A stretch of DNA of 29,718 nt from a candidate division WOR-3 bacterium (GTDB lineage Bacteria > Hydrothermota > Tepidihabitantia > SM23-42 > JAOAFX01). The position numbers were made by a program, and so were the translations under genes. The stretch covers positions 1-29,718 of the forward strand of contig JBBILZ010000033.1 in assembly GCA_037444665.1 (NCBI GenBank). Reading direction: 5' to 3'. The notes beneath the pieces were generated by a model. That model was not told the DNA's origin, did no database searches, and saw nothing but the letters and a program-made list of their open reading frames with translations. This document shows positions 17,982 through 26,363 of the stretch, piece after piece. Positions within the stretch are counted from its first letter, which is position 1. Each line of letters starts with the position of its first letter.

Positions 17982-18093
17982 CCGCAGAATTTTTTCACCC
18001 CTCCCCCATCTTCATTTATTCTGCCATACTCAAAACTCAACGATTTATTATTCTTTCATCAATTAATTTTCCAGATCTGATTGGGGTGAAAAT

Positions 18094-18120
18094 GTCTTTT
18101 CCTGCTAAAGCAGGAATCTA
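18094..18120. repeat. REP-like palindrome or possible terminator just after the 192-aa gene
   Basis: GTCTTTTCCTGC-TAAA-GCAGGAATCTA with a 7-bp stem TTCCTGC/GCAGGAA; resembles GTCATTCCCGCnnnnGCGGGAATCCA-type short repeats. Confidence 0.55.
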
Positions 18121-18699
18121 TTATTTACCACGAGGTCTTATATCCAGATTTCCTTTAAGTAGGGCTTCAACAGGGTGAGTTCCATTTATTATATCGCACA
18201 GTAAAGCAATTGCAAGGAGACTTCCGTTTCTATCAGGGCACAAATAAATATTTTGTTTCTTGCATATCTCTTCCAATTCTTTTTGTTTCTTATCTGGACG
18301 ACCTGTAAAATTTAAATCTTCCTGCTCCAAAATCCAATTAAGGGCATACAAAATATACTCTAATGGATAACCAGGAAGTCCTGAAGTTAAAGAAGCATAT
18401 TGTAATAAGATTTGTTTTATATCTTTCTTTCCCCATACTTCAGAAATTGCTTTAAGCACATTTATAGCTCTGTTTTTATCAGCGCATACTTTACCATAAA
18501 GGTCAATTGCAAAATGGGCATGTTTTGGAGTCATAGAACGTGAAGGTTGTAATGAAAAAATCACTTTTACTTTAAAGTCTTTTTTAGATTTTGAATTGTC
18601 TGTTTTTATCAAATACCAACCATTGGATAATTTAAGCACTTCTCTAATCTTCTTACGGTATTTACCTCTACCCCACTCTTCACCAACTTTAGGTTCCAT
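18121..18699 (-). CDS. Hypothetical protein coupled to a DNA methyltransferase (candidate nuclease/effector)
   Basis: 192-aa ORF; TAATG overlap with the MTase stop; GAGGTG SD inside the MTase 3' end; double stop TAA TAG; no family recognised. Confidence 0.75.
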   Translation of the reverse strand: MEPKVGEEWGRGKYRKKIREVLKLSNGWYLIKTDNSKSKKDFKVKVIFSLQPSRSMTPKHAHFAIDLYGKVCADKNRAINVLKAISEVWGKKDIKQILLQYASLTSGLPGYPLEYILYALNWILEQEDLNFTGRPDKKQKELEEICKKQNIYLCPDRNGSLLAIALLCDIINGTHPVEALLKGNLDIRPRGK

Positions 18700-20273
18700 T
18701 ATTTTTTCACCTCATAAACAAGTAAATATTGATGAGTTATTCTCAGATACTCTTCTGAGTGTTGACTTTTTGAATTATTCCCTTCAGAAGTAACAACTAC
18801 TATTTCCTTAAGCCATAAATTATCATAGGTCAATATATCTACTAATCTTTTAGCAAGGGGTTCTATGTATCCATCTATTCTTATATCCTGTGTTTGAATT
18901 ACCAAAAAACCATTTTTGCTTATTATAGGTATCCTTTGACCCACAATTTTTTTTATTTCCTTTAAATAATATTCAATGTTTGAACGAGAAAGATTGTTAT
19001 TCAAAAATGGTGACTTTATAAAAAGCAATCCCTTGCCTTTTTGTTTCTCTCTCAAAGTTGCCTTTACATCATTTTTATCATAGGAAACAAAAAAGACAGT
19101 TGAATATCCCTCTCCATTTGAGTATCTATCAATCACATTCTTATTTAAATGTTCTTCAAAGTCCTTTTCGGGTAAAATCCACACCGTCGTGGTCTCGAGT
19201 CCATCTAATTTTTTCTTTAGTGCAGGTCTATCTAAAGTAGGAACAAATAAAGCATAATCTACCTCTTTTTCTCTTACACTTAGAGAATCTGGTAATAGGG
19301 GTTTCTCAAAAATTGGCAAATATTCATGAGCTAAAAGCAGGAAATTATATTTTATGCTGTTAGTATACCAAAATCCTGTGGTTTTGCAGTTATGTTGCCG
19401 TTTGATAACAAGTTCTCTTAATTTAAACCCCGCATCTAAATAAACATTTATAAGTTTGAACCCCAAAGGGATTACAAATTTTTTTCTGCGAGTATCACCG
19501 ATTAAAATAGCACATTGTCTTCCTGGCTTCAAGACTCTAAAACTTTCAGCTGCAACCTTTGCCATTTCTTTTAGAAAATCATCTACATCAAAAAAAGACA
19601 AATCTCCTTCTTTGGAATCCGTATAATGAATAATATTTGCATAAGGTGGGTGAGCACAAATTAAATCTATGTAATTGTCTTCTATAAATGATAAGTTTCT
19701 GGCGTCACCCACCACAAACTCTGGTTCATAAATTCTTAAATGTTTTTGCTCGATAAACTTTAGCTGTGGTTGTTCTATACTAAAACCTACATTCTTTTTT
19801 GCCAGTTCAATGGCTTTATCATTTATATCTAAGGCTATGCATTTTCTTCCTAAAAGTTTAGATTCTACAGCGGTCGTTCCCGCACCACAGAAATAGTCTA
19901 AAACTAATTCGCCAGGTTTTGAATATTTTAGAATTACATTTCTTGGGATATAAGGAGACCAATTACCCCTATATGCACCACTATGAGTTGCCCATGCACC
20001 CCTTTTCTTAAAACTCCAGACTGTAGTTTGCTCTTCTCTAAAATCTTTTGGATGGAGTGTATTTATTTTTTTTATAATTTTTAAGGCGCTAATATTGAGC
20101 CCTTGCGTATGAGTAATAAGTTGTTCAATATATTTAAATGTAACTCCATATTTCTGGCCAATTTCTAAGTCAGAAGTTCCTTTTGCTTTTTCTTGTAAGA
20201 TAGCCTTATGAAGCTCTTTTTCAGTTTTGAATTTTAATTTCTCTTTACCCATTGTTAAGAAATTTTTATTCAT
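18699..20273 (-). CDS. N4C/N6A DNA methyltransferase with N-terminal HTH-like segment and degenerate second MTase domain
   Basis: VLDYFCGAGTT (motif I), DLICAHPPY (motif IV), RVLKPG, HEY; C-terminal ~165 aa repeat the fold without these motifs. Confidence 0.85.
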   Translation of the reverse strand: MNKNFLTMGKEKLKFKTEKELHKAILQEKAKGTSDLEIGQKYGVTFKYIEQLITHTQGLNISALKIIKKINTLHPKDFREEQTTVWSFKKRGAWATHSGAYRGNWSPYIPRNVILKYSKPGELVLDYFCGAGTTAVESKLLGRKCIALDINDKAIELAKKNVGFSIEQPQLKFIEQKHLRIYEPEFVVGDARNLSFIEDNYIDLICAHPPYANIIHYTDSKEGDLSFFDVDDFLKEMAKVAAESFRVLKPGRQCAILIGDTRRKKFVIPLGFKLINVYLDAGFKLRELVIKRQHNCKTTGFWYTNSIKYNFLLLAHEYLPIFEKPLLPDSLSVREKEVDYALFVPTLDRPALKKKLDGLETTTVWILPEKDFEEHLNKNVIDRYSNGEGYSTVFFVSYDKNDVKATLREKQKGKGLLFIKSPFLNNNLSRSNIEYYLKEIKKIVGQRIPIISKNGFLVIQTQDIRIDGYIEPLAKRLVDILTYDNLWLKEIVVVTSEGNNSKSQHSEEYLRITHQYLLVYEVKK

Positions 20274-20286
20274 AACACCTGACTAA

Positions 20287-20314
20287 ATTATACAAAAATT
20301 ATAATCAGTGTCAA
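20287..20314 (-). promoter_or_regulatory. sigma70 promoter of the MTase cassette
   Basis: TTGACA (20314-20309)-N16-TATAAT (20292-20287); AGGTG SD before ATG 20273. Confidence 0.7.
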
Positions 20315-20334
20315 GCATACAAAATTTTTACCTG

Positions 20335-20362
20335 TTGATTTCAAAAAAAATTTTATTATAAT
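20335..20362 (+). promoter_or_regulatory. sigma70 promoter of holB (probably leaderless)
   Basis: TTGATT (20335-20340)-N16-TATAAT (20357-20362), 5 nt before GTG 20368. Confidence 0.55.
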
Positions 20363-20367
20363 ATTTT

Positions 20368-21306
20368 GTGGATTATCTTGATGAAATTATTGGGCAGGAT
20401 ACAGTAAAGGATTTTCTGCGCAGTGCTTTAAGAAAAGACAGAATTTATAATCTCCTCTTTGCCGGACCAAGGGGAGTTGGTAAAAGGCATACTGCCTTTG
20501 CGTTAACTAAGAGCCTGGGTTGCCCTTTAAATTCACCTAATTTTATGCTGATTGCACCGCTACCACCAGGAATAAAGGAAGATAAAATAGCTGAATATAC
20601 CAAAAACTACCTGCCTGAAAATCCACTTGTTCCAATTGAAGACAACGCCTCAATAATAATTAAACAGATAAGAAATCTAATTGAATGGTTAATGTTAATG
20701 CCAGCGAAAAAGACTAAAAGAGTTGCTATTGTCCTTGAGGCAGACCGAATGAATGAGGAAGCAGCAAATAGTTTTTTGAAGACGCTTGAGGAACCACCAA
20801 TTGATACAATCTTTATTCTCACTTCATCAAGACCTGAATATTTAATGCCAACGATTCGTTCGCGCTGCCAGATTATACACTTTAGTTATTTAAACAATGC
20901 CCAGATTCAGAATATTTTATTTGAGGAGCCAGACCACTTTAAACTCGGTAGTCCAGGAGAAATTCTGAATTTAAAAGAGAATCCCCTTTTTGAAACGGCA
21001 CGAGAAATCTTCAAAAAGGCACCACTTTCTGTTGACAGTGTAACAAAAGTAGCAAGAGAAATGCAAAAAGGGGGACTGACTGACCTGTTTTATTGCCTCC
21101 TCCTCTTATATCGTAATGCCCTTTATACGCACTTTAATAAACAATATGAATTTGAAAATCAGGATGATATTATAAAGAAGACCAAAAAACTCAACCCAAA
21201 TAAAATTATTAACACCCTGTTTATGCTCAACAATACTATAAATTTGCTCAGATATAACCCCAATCGTCTGTTACTACTTTTTAATACTTTATCAAAATTG
21301 CCGTGA
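20368..21306 (+). CDS. holB: DNA polymerase III subunit delta'
   Basis: IIGQ, LLFAGPRGVGK, ADRMNEEAANSFLKTLEEPP, PTIRSRCQ. Confidence 0.88.
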   Translation: MDYLDEIIGQDTVKDFLRSALRKDRIYNLLFAGPRGVGKRHTAFALTKSLGCPLNSPNFMLIAPLPPGIKEDKIAEYTKNYLPENPLVPIEDNASIIIKQIRNLIEWLMLMPAKKTKRVAIVLEADRMNEEAANSFLKTLEEPPIDTIFILTSSRPEYLMPTIRSRCQIIHFSYLNNAQIQNILFEEPDHFKLGSPGEILNLKENPLFETAREIFKKAPLSVDSVTKVAREMQKGGLTDLFYCLLLLYRNALYTHFNKQYEFENQDDIIKKTKKLNPNKIINTLFMLNNTINLLRYNPNRLLLLFNTLSKLP

Positions 21307-21337
21307 CAAAAACAGCCAATAAGCGTGTGCTTTTGTA

Positions 21338-21775
21338 ATGAAGTTTATCTGTGATGGTATGCTGGGAAAGCTCTGCCGCTATTTAAGAATCTGCGGCATT
21401 GATACGCAGTATTCCAATGAAGGACTAAAAACCTTACTGATGGCAAAGAAAGAAGGACGGATAATCATCACCAGAAATACACTTCTGAAAAATAAAGAAG
21501 AAGTATTTTTTATTCAAGATGAAGATTTATTTATCCAGTTAAAGACCATAATCAAAAAATTCAATCTGGCTGACCAATTAAATTTCTTTTCCCGTTGTTT
21601 GTGTTGCAATGAACTGCTCGTTCCCATAGAAAAAGAGAAAGTAAAGGACCGTGTGCCATTCTACACATATAAAAATTTCAATGAATTTGCTGAATGCCCC
21701 AAATGTGGTAGGGTCTACTGGAAAGGGAGCCATTATCAGAAAATGGTAAAAGATATAAAAAAATTAATTGGTTGA
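21338..21775 (+). CDS. Mut7-C RNase domain protein (PIN-like + Zn ribbon)
   Basis: FICDGMLGKLCRYLRICGID, SRCLCCN, CPKCGRVYWKGSH. Confidence 0.88.
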   Translation: MKFICDGMLGKLCRYLRICGIDTQYSNEGLKTLLMAKKEGRIIITRNTLLKNKEEVFFIQDEDLFIQLKTIIKKFNLADQLNFFSRCLCCNELLVPIEKEKVKDRVPFYTYKNFNEFAECPKCGRVYWKGSHYQKMVKDIKKLIG

Positions 21776-22915
21776 ATGGTTAAATTTATAATACAAACCT
21801 TTCAAAATCAAATTAAAAATAGCGTTTTGTCTTTAATGCTGTTCAGTATCCTCTTCAATTGCATTCCCTATACTAAACATGTAACGAAGACCGAGTTAAT
21901 CCGTATTGCTATTATTACCGGCGTTGATTCAGTATTGATTTCAGGTATCAAGGATGATATTTTTTATGAAAATTATTTGATAAATAATAATACAGATCTT
22001 CCAATATTTTTTAGACCCAGCAAAGGAAAGAATGTAATGGTCAACCAGAATCAATATTATGGAAGTCTGGAAATAAAAAAGATCAATAAAAAAATCTGGG
22101 TAATTAATATTTTGAATATGGAGGATTATCTAAAAGGTGTGGTTCCCTGTGAGATTGGTAAGGTCTCTAAGAATTTGATTGAAGTGGCAAAGGCTCAAGC
22201 CATTGCCGCGCGTACCTATGCCTTTTCCCATTTGCGCCAATATGAAGAACTCGGCTTTGACCTCTATGCTACAACAAAGGACCAGGTTTACCAGGGGAAA
22301 CGGGTTGAAGATGCCATAATCAACGAGGCGATTATAAAAACCAGTGGTATTGTGTTAACCTATAATGGCAAGCCCATTGATGCAAAATACCATGCAACCT
22401 GTGGTGGCAGAACCGCGGATTTTAATGATGCCTGGAAAGGCGATCCTGTTCCTTATCTCAGAAGCGTGGAGTGTGGATTCTGCAATGAGAGTCCCCATTT
22501 TGCCTGGCAAAGGCAAATGAGTAAGAACGAATTTTTTAAGACATTAAGAAAAAATTTACTCAATATGGGCATTATGGTTGCTGATAGTGAATTAATAAAA
22601 GGATTCAAGTTAAAAAGGAACCCAAAGAGTAAAAGAATAGTTGAATTGAAGATAATCACCGATAGAACAGAATATGTAGTGCCTAACTATAATATACGCC
22701 TTTTATTCGGTTCTGAGAACGACCCGGATGGCTTACTGAAGTCCAATAACTTTACACTGCAGATTAAAAATGATAGTATTATTATAGAGGGAAAGGGATA
22801 TGGCCATGGCGTGGGTATGTGCCAATCTGGTGCAATCAGTATGGCAAAAAAAGGCAAGAAATTTAAAGACATATTAAAGCATTATTATCCTAATACCAAA
22901 CTTAAAAAGTTTTGA
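21776..22915 (+). CDS. SpoIID/LytB-domain lytic transglycosylase
   Basis: EDYLKGVVPCE, KAQAIAARTYA, DQVYQG, YHATCGG, PYLRSV, GYGHGVGMCQ.GA, ILKHYYP; exact start uncertain. Confidence 0.9.
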   Translation: MVKFIIQTFQNQIKNSVLSLMLFSILFNCIPYTKHVTKTELIRIAIITGVDSVLISGIKDDIFYENYLINNNTDLPIFFRPSKGKNVMVNQNQYYGSLEIKKINKKIWVINILNMEDYLKGVVPCEIGKVSKNLIEVAKAQAIAARTYAFSHLRQYEELGFDLYATTKDQVYQGKRVEDAIINEAIIKTSGIVLTYNGKPIDAKYHATCGGRTADFNDAWKGDPVPYLRSVECGFCNESPHFAWQRQMSKNEFFKTLRKNLLNMGIMVADSELIKGFKLKRNPKSKRIVELKIITDRTEYVVPNYNIRLLFGSENDPDGLLKSNNFTLQIKNDSIIIEGKGYGHGVGMCQSGAISMAKKGKKFKDILKHYYPNTKLKKF

Positions 22916-22940
22916 ATCAGTACTGTAATAACTTATAGGC

Positions 22941-22968
22941 TTGACTTAATCTGAAAATAGACTATAAT
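22941..22968 (+). promoter_or_regulatory. sigma70 promoter of the SPFH operon
   Basis: TTGACT (22941-22946)-N16-TATAAT (22963-22968); AAGGGGG SD downstream. Confidence 0.65.
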
Positions 22969-22987
22969 ATAGCATAAAGGGGGCTGT

Positions 22988-23740
22988 ATGGGCTTAACAA
23001 CTATATTAATCATTGTCATAATTTTGATTATTCTCAGCGCAATTAAGGTCTTAAAGGAATATGAACGTGCGATTATATTCAGATTAGGACGATTTGTTGG
23101 TGTAAAAGGACCGGGCATATTTATTCTCTGGCCTGGAATTGATAAAATGGCAAAGGTATCATTAAGGATTGTGACAATGGATGTACCACCACAGGATGTA
23201 ATAACTAAGGATAATATCTCGGTTAAGGTAAATGCGGTTAGTTATTTCCGTGTTTTTGAACCAGCAAAGGCAGTGCTTGAAGTAGAAGATTATCTCTATG
23301 CCACGAGTCAGATTGCTCAGACCACACTGAGGAGTGTACTGGGTGAATATGAACTTGACGATTTATTAACTGAACGAGAAAAAATTAACTTAAGACTACA
23401 AAAACTCATAGATGAGCAGACCGACCCCTGGGGTGTAAAAGTTTCTACAGTGGAGATCAAGCATGTTGATATTCCGCAGGAAATGCAACGAGCAATTGCC
23501 CGGCAGGCAGAAGCAGAAAGGGAGCGTCGTGCAAAAGTGATCCATGCTGAGGGTGAATTGCAGGCAGCAGAAAAATTAAATAAGGCAGCACAAATAATCG
23601 GACAGACATCCACCGGAATTCAACTCAGATTTTTACAAACACTGACCGAAGTTGCTACTGAGAAGAATTCCACCACTATCTTTCCTGTGCCAATAGATTT
23701 GTTTGCACCATTCATTAAAAAGATGACTGAGAAAGAATGA
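22988..23740 (+). CDS. SPFH/band 7 (stomatin-like, slipin) membrane protein
   Basis: N-terminal TM helix, [50 protein letters not shown]. Confidence 0.93.
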   Translation: MGLTTILIIVIILIILSAIKVLKEYERAIIFRLGRFVGVKGPGIFILWPGIDKMAKVSLRIVTMDVPPQDVITKDNISVKVNAVSYFRVFEPAKAVLEVEDYLYATSQIAQTTLRSVLGEYELDDLLTEREKINLRLQKLIDEQTDPWGVKVSTVEIKHVDIPQEMQRAIARQAEAERERRAKVIHAEGELQAAEKLNKAAQIIGQTSTGIQLRFLQTLTEVATEKNSTTIFPVPIDLFAPFIKKMTEKE

Positions 23741-24252
23741 TATGCCTTTATCAACAGCAGGGGTTAGAATTTTCTGACCCCATAAGTAGTGCATTGAAAA
23801 GCGAATTCAATGAATCAGTTTTTCGCGCCGCAGAATTTAAAGTTCCCCGAATTTGTTTTAACCCCTTACGCAACCAGTATGATGCATCACAGATAATTGA
23901 GCACCTTGAGAAAAATTTCAATAAAAAATGTGATAAACATCTCTTGATAGTGGATATTGACCTTTATATGCCAAGATTCAATTTTATCTTTGGACTTGCA
24001 GAACCAAGAAAGTGCGCAGCAATCGTTTCACTCTATCGCCTTAAAGGAGAAGATTTAATCAAAGAACGGCTACAAAAAGAGGTTGTTCATGAAATCGGAC
24101 ACTTGATGGGGCTTGACCATTGTGTCATCCCAACCTGTGTTATGTATTTTTCAAATAACATTGGTGATACTGATAAAAAAAATAAAACATTGTGCCCTGA
24201 ATGCAGGAGGAAAATTGAAAAATTATCAACTATTTACTCCGGGACCAATTGA
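23737..24252 (+). CDS. Archaemetzincin-family Zn metalloprotease (M54)
   Basis: [12 protein letters not shown]....CVM...LCPEC; RNQY; FNFIFG. Confidence 0.88.
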   Translation: MICLYQQQGLEFSDPISSALKSEFNESVFRAAEFKVPRICFNPLRNQYDASQIIEHLEKNFNKKCDKHLLIVDIDLYMPRFNFIFGLAEPRKCAAIVSLYRLKGEDLIKERLQKEVVHEIGHLMGLDHCVIPTCVMYFSNNIGDTDKKNKTLCPECRRKIEKLSTIYSGTN

Positions 24253-25342
24253 TATACCAGAAGATGTAATAAAAGCAACTGCCCATAAATGCATTTATCA
24301 TCGTGAAGATAAGTTTAAAATTTTGTTAAATAGCATTAGTGAACTATTAAAAAAAGTAATTGATTCCAGGTATAAAATTTACCTTCTTACTTCATCAGGC
24401 ACTGGAGCCATGGAAGCAGCATATGTTAATATTATGTCAAAGGCAGATACTCCAGTGGTCGCCGTATGCGGAAAATTCGGCGAAAGATGGGTTGAGTTAT
24501 GTAAAAATTATGGAAATGAACCAGCCATTGTCAGGCAGGAATTTGGTAAATCAGTAAAGCCTGAAATGATTGAACAAGAATTAAAAAAGGTAAAAAAGCC
24601 AGCCGTAGTCTTTACTACCCTGACCGAGACATCCACTGGTGTGGTCAATGACATTAAAACGATCAGTGAGATAGTAAAAAAATATGATGGTTATCTGGTA
24701 GTTGATGGTATAGCAGGTATTGGTGCTGACCCATTTTACCAGGACAGATGGGATGTTGATGTGCTCTGTGGCGCTTCACAAAAGGCATTAATGGCACCCC
24801 CTGGTATTGCATTTGTAAGTTTCTCCCAGAATGCCCATTTAAAAATGAAGAACTCTGACCTGCCCAAATACTATTTTGATTTTTCACTTTATGAAAAATT
24901 CTTGGAAAAAGGTCAGACGCCATTTACTCCGGCAATCACAATTTTATACGGTTTGAAAAAAGGCCTGCAAAAGCTCATAAGTATTGGAGTTGAAGAAAAT
25001 TTTACCCGGCAAAAAAAAATGGCTGAGTATGTCCGGAACAGGTTTGTAAAAAATGGTTATGAACTATTTTCTGAGAATCCATCAAATGGGCTAACCGTGA
25101 TCAGGATGCCCGCAGGAATTGATAGCACTGATATTATCAAAGAATGCAAAGAAAAATATGGAATTCTATTTGCCAATGGTCAGGGTGAGATGAAAGGAAA
25201 GATACTGCGGGTTGGTCATATGGGAAATTATAATATAAAAAAACTGAGCCATGCACTTGATATCTTTGATAAGGTTATGGCAAAAAAATTGACCGCAAAA
25301 TCTGACCGGAACATATCTATTCATTCCGGGAAGGAGGGTTAA
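24215..25342 (+). CDS. Class V PLP aminotransferase (alanine-glyoxylate/serine-pyruvate family)
   Basis: Start revised to TTG 24215 after AGGAGG ([11 protein letters not shown]); SSGTGAMEAA, ETSTGV, ASQKALMAPPG, RVGHMG. Confidence 0.9.
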   Translation: MKNYQLFTPGPIDIPEDVIKATAHKCIYHREDKFKILLNSISELLKKVIDSRYKIYLLTSSGTGAMEAAYVNIMSKADTPVVAVCGKFGERWVELCKNYGNEPAIVRQEFGKSVKPEMIEQELKKVKKPAVVFTTLTETSTGVVNDIKTISEIVKKYDGYLVVDGIAGIGADPFYQDRWDVDVLCGASQKALMAPPGIAFVSFSQNAHLKMKNSDLPKYYFDFSLYEKFLEKGQTPFTPAITILYGLKKGLQKLISIGVEENFTRQKKMAEYVRNRFVKNGYELFSENPSNGLTVIRMPAGIDSTDIIKECKEKYGILFANGQGEMKGKILRVGHMGNYNIKKLSHALDIFDKVMAKKLTAKSDRNISIHSGKEG

Positions 25343-25345
25343 AAA

Positions 25346-26350
25346 ATGAATCGCTACATTAAACTTGGTTATGAGGGTATTGAACTTGAACTACCTGTTC
25401 ATGCCCTTTATCTATATCGTGATGAGCAACAACTTCTTGATAACATAAAACCGCTAATCAAAGAAGGTATTGAACGTAAGGAACGATGTGTTTATGTCGG
25501 AAAAGAATCCTGCATTAAAGAATTAAAGAGTGAATTCAAAAATAACATTATGATTGTAGAAGAGATTATGCAGGCTTCGCACTTTCTACCCTGGTTAAAA
25601 AGCGAATACGATAAATTGACAAAAACCCATCAGGGTATGCGCGTTTTTGTGGAAAGCACAAAGGATTTTCTTGGTTTTGAAGAACTGCTTGATGATTTCA
25701 ATACCCAACCAGACCTGAAACTCTTTGTGCTCTGCCAGTACCGGATAGAAAAGATCGGTTCAGACGATATCCTTGAAATTCTGAAGAATCATCCTTATGT
25801 ATTTGTTGAGCACCTTCTGAAACCAAATTGCTTCTATTCACGGGTAAAGCATCGTATCTGGCTTGATCCATTAACTGGTATCTTTAATCGCCGCTATTTT
25901 GAAAATCAGTTAAGTAAAGAATTACAACGGGCATCTCGTTATGAACATTCCCTTTCTATATTGTTTATGGATATAGATAAGTTTAAAAAAGTTAATGACG
26001 AATTTGGTCATCAAGTTGGTGACCAGGTATTGTTAGAACTTGCGCAAATCCTGGAAAGGAACTTACGGAGTGTTGATGTTGTTGCCCGCTATGGTGGTGA
26101 TGAATTTATTATCCTTTTACCAGAAACAAAAAAAGAATCTGCCTATAAAACAGCCAATAGAATTCTTTATGCAATTCAAAGATATGACTTCTTCAAAGGG
26201 AACCTGAAAATTAAAGAACTTGGTGTTTCCATTGGTGTTGCATCATTCCCCGAAGATGCGGGCGGCACATACGAATTGATCAAAAAAGCAGATGTTGCCC
26301 TTTATAGAGCAAAAGAAAGAGGTGGAAATCAGATTATGGTATTTATGTAA
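25346..26350 (+). CDS. Diguanylate cyclase with N-terminal MEDS-like sensor domain
   Basis: DPLTGIFNRRYF, DIDKFKKVND.FGH, RSVD I-site, RYGGDEF, SIGVA, ADVALYRAK; N-terminal H..YLY..GI...ERCVY..LCQY..HP pattern. Confidence 0.88.
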   Translation: MNRYIKLGYEGIELELPVHALYLYRDEQQLLDNIKPLIKEGIERKERCVYVGKESCIKELKSEFKNNIMIVEEIMQASHFLPWLKSEYDKLTKTHQGMRVFVESTKDFLGFEELLDDFNTQPDLKLFVLCQYRIEKIGSDDILEILKNHPYVFVEHLLKPNCFYSRVKHRIWLDPLTGIFNRRYFENQLSKELQRASRYEHSLSILFMDIDKFKKVNDEFGHQVGDQVLLELAQILERNLRSVDVVARYGGDEFIILLPETKKESAYKTANRILYAIQRYDFFKGNLKIKELGVSIGVASFPEDAGGTYELIKKADVALYRAKERGGNQIMVFM

Positions 26351-26363
26351 TCAAGGAGGCAAT

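Noticed and set aside
17496..18080. 194-aa plus-strand ORF and the other short antisense ORFs in the track
   Set aside because: They lie opposite or inside well-supported genes (serS, rph, ptb, pfkA and others) and have no motifs.
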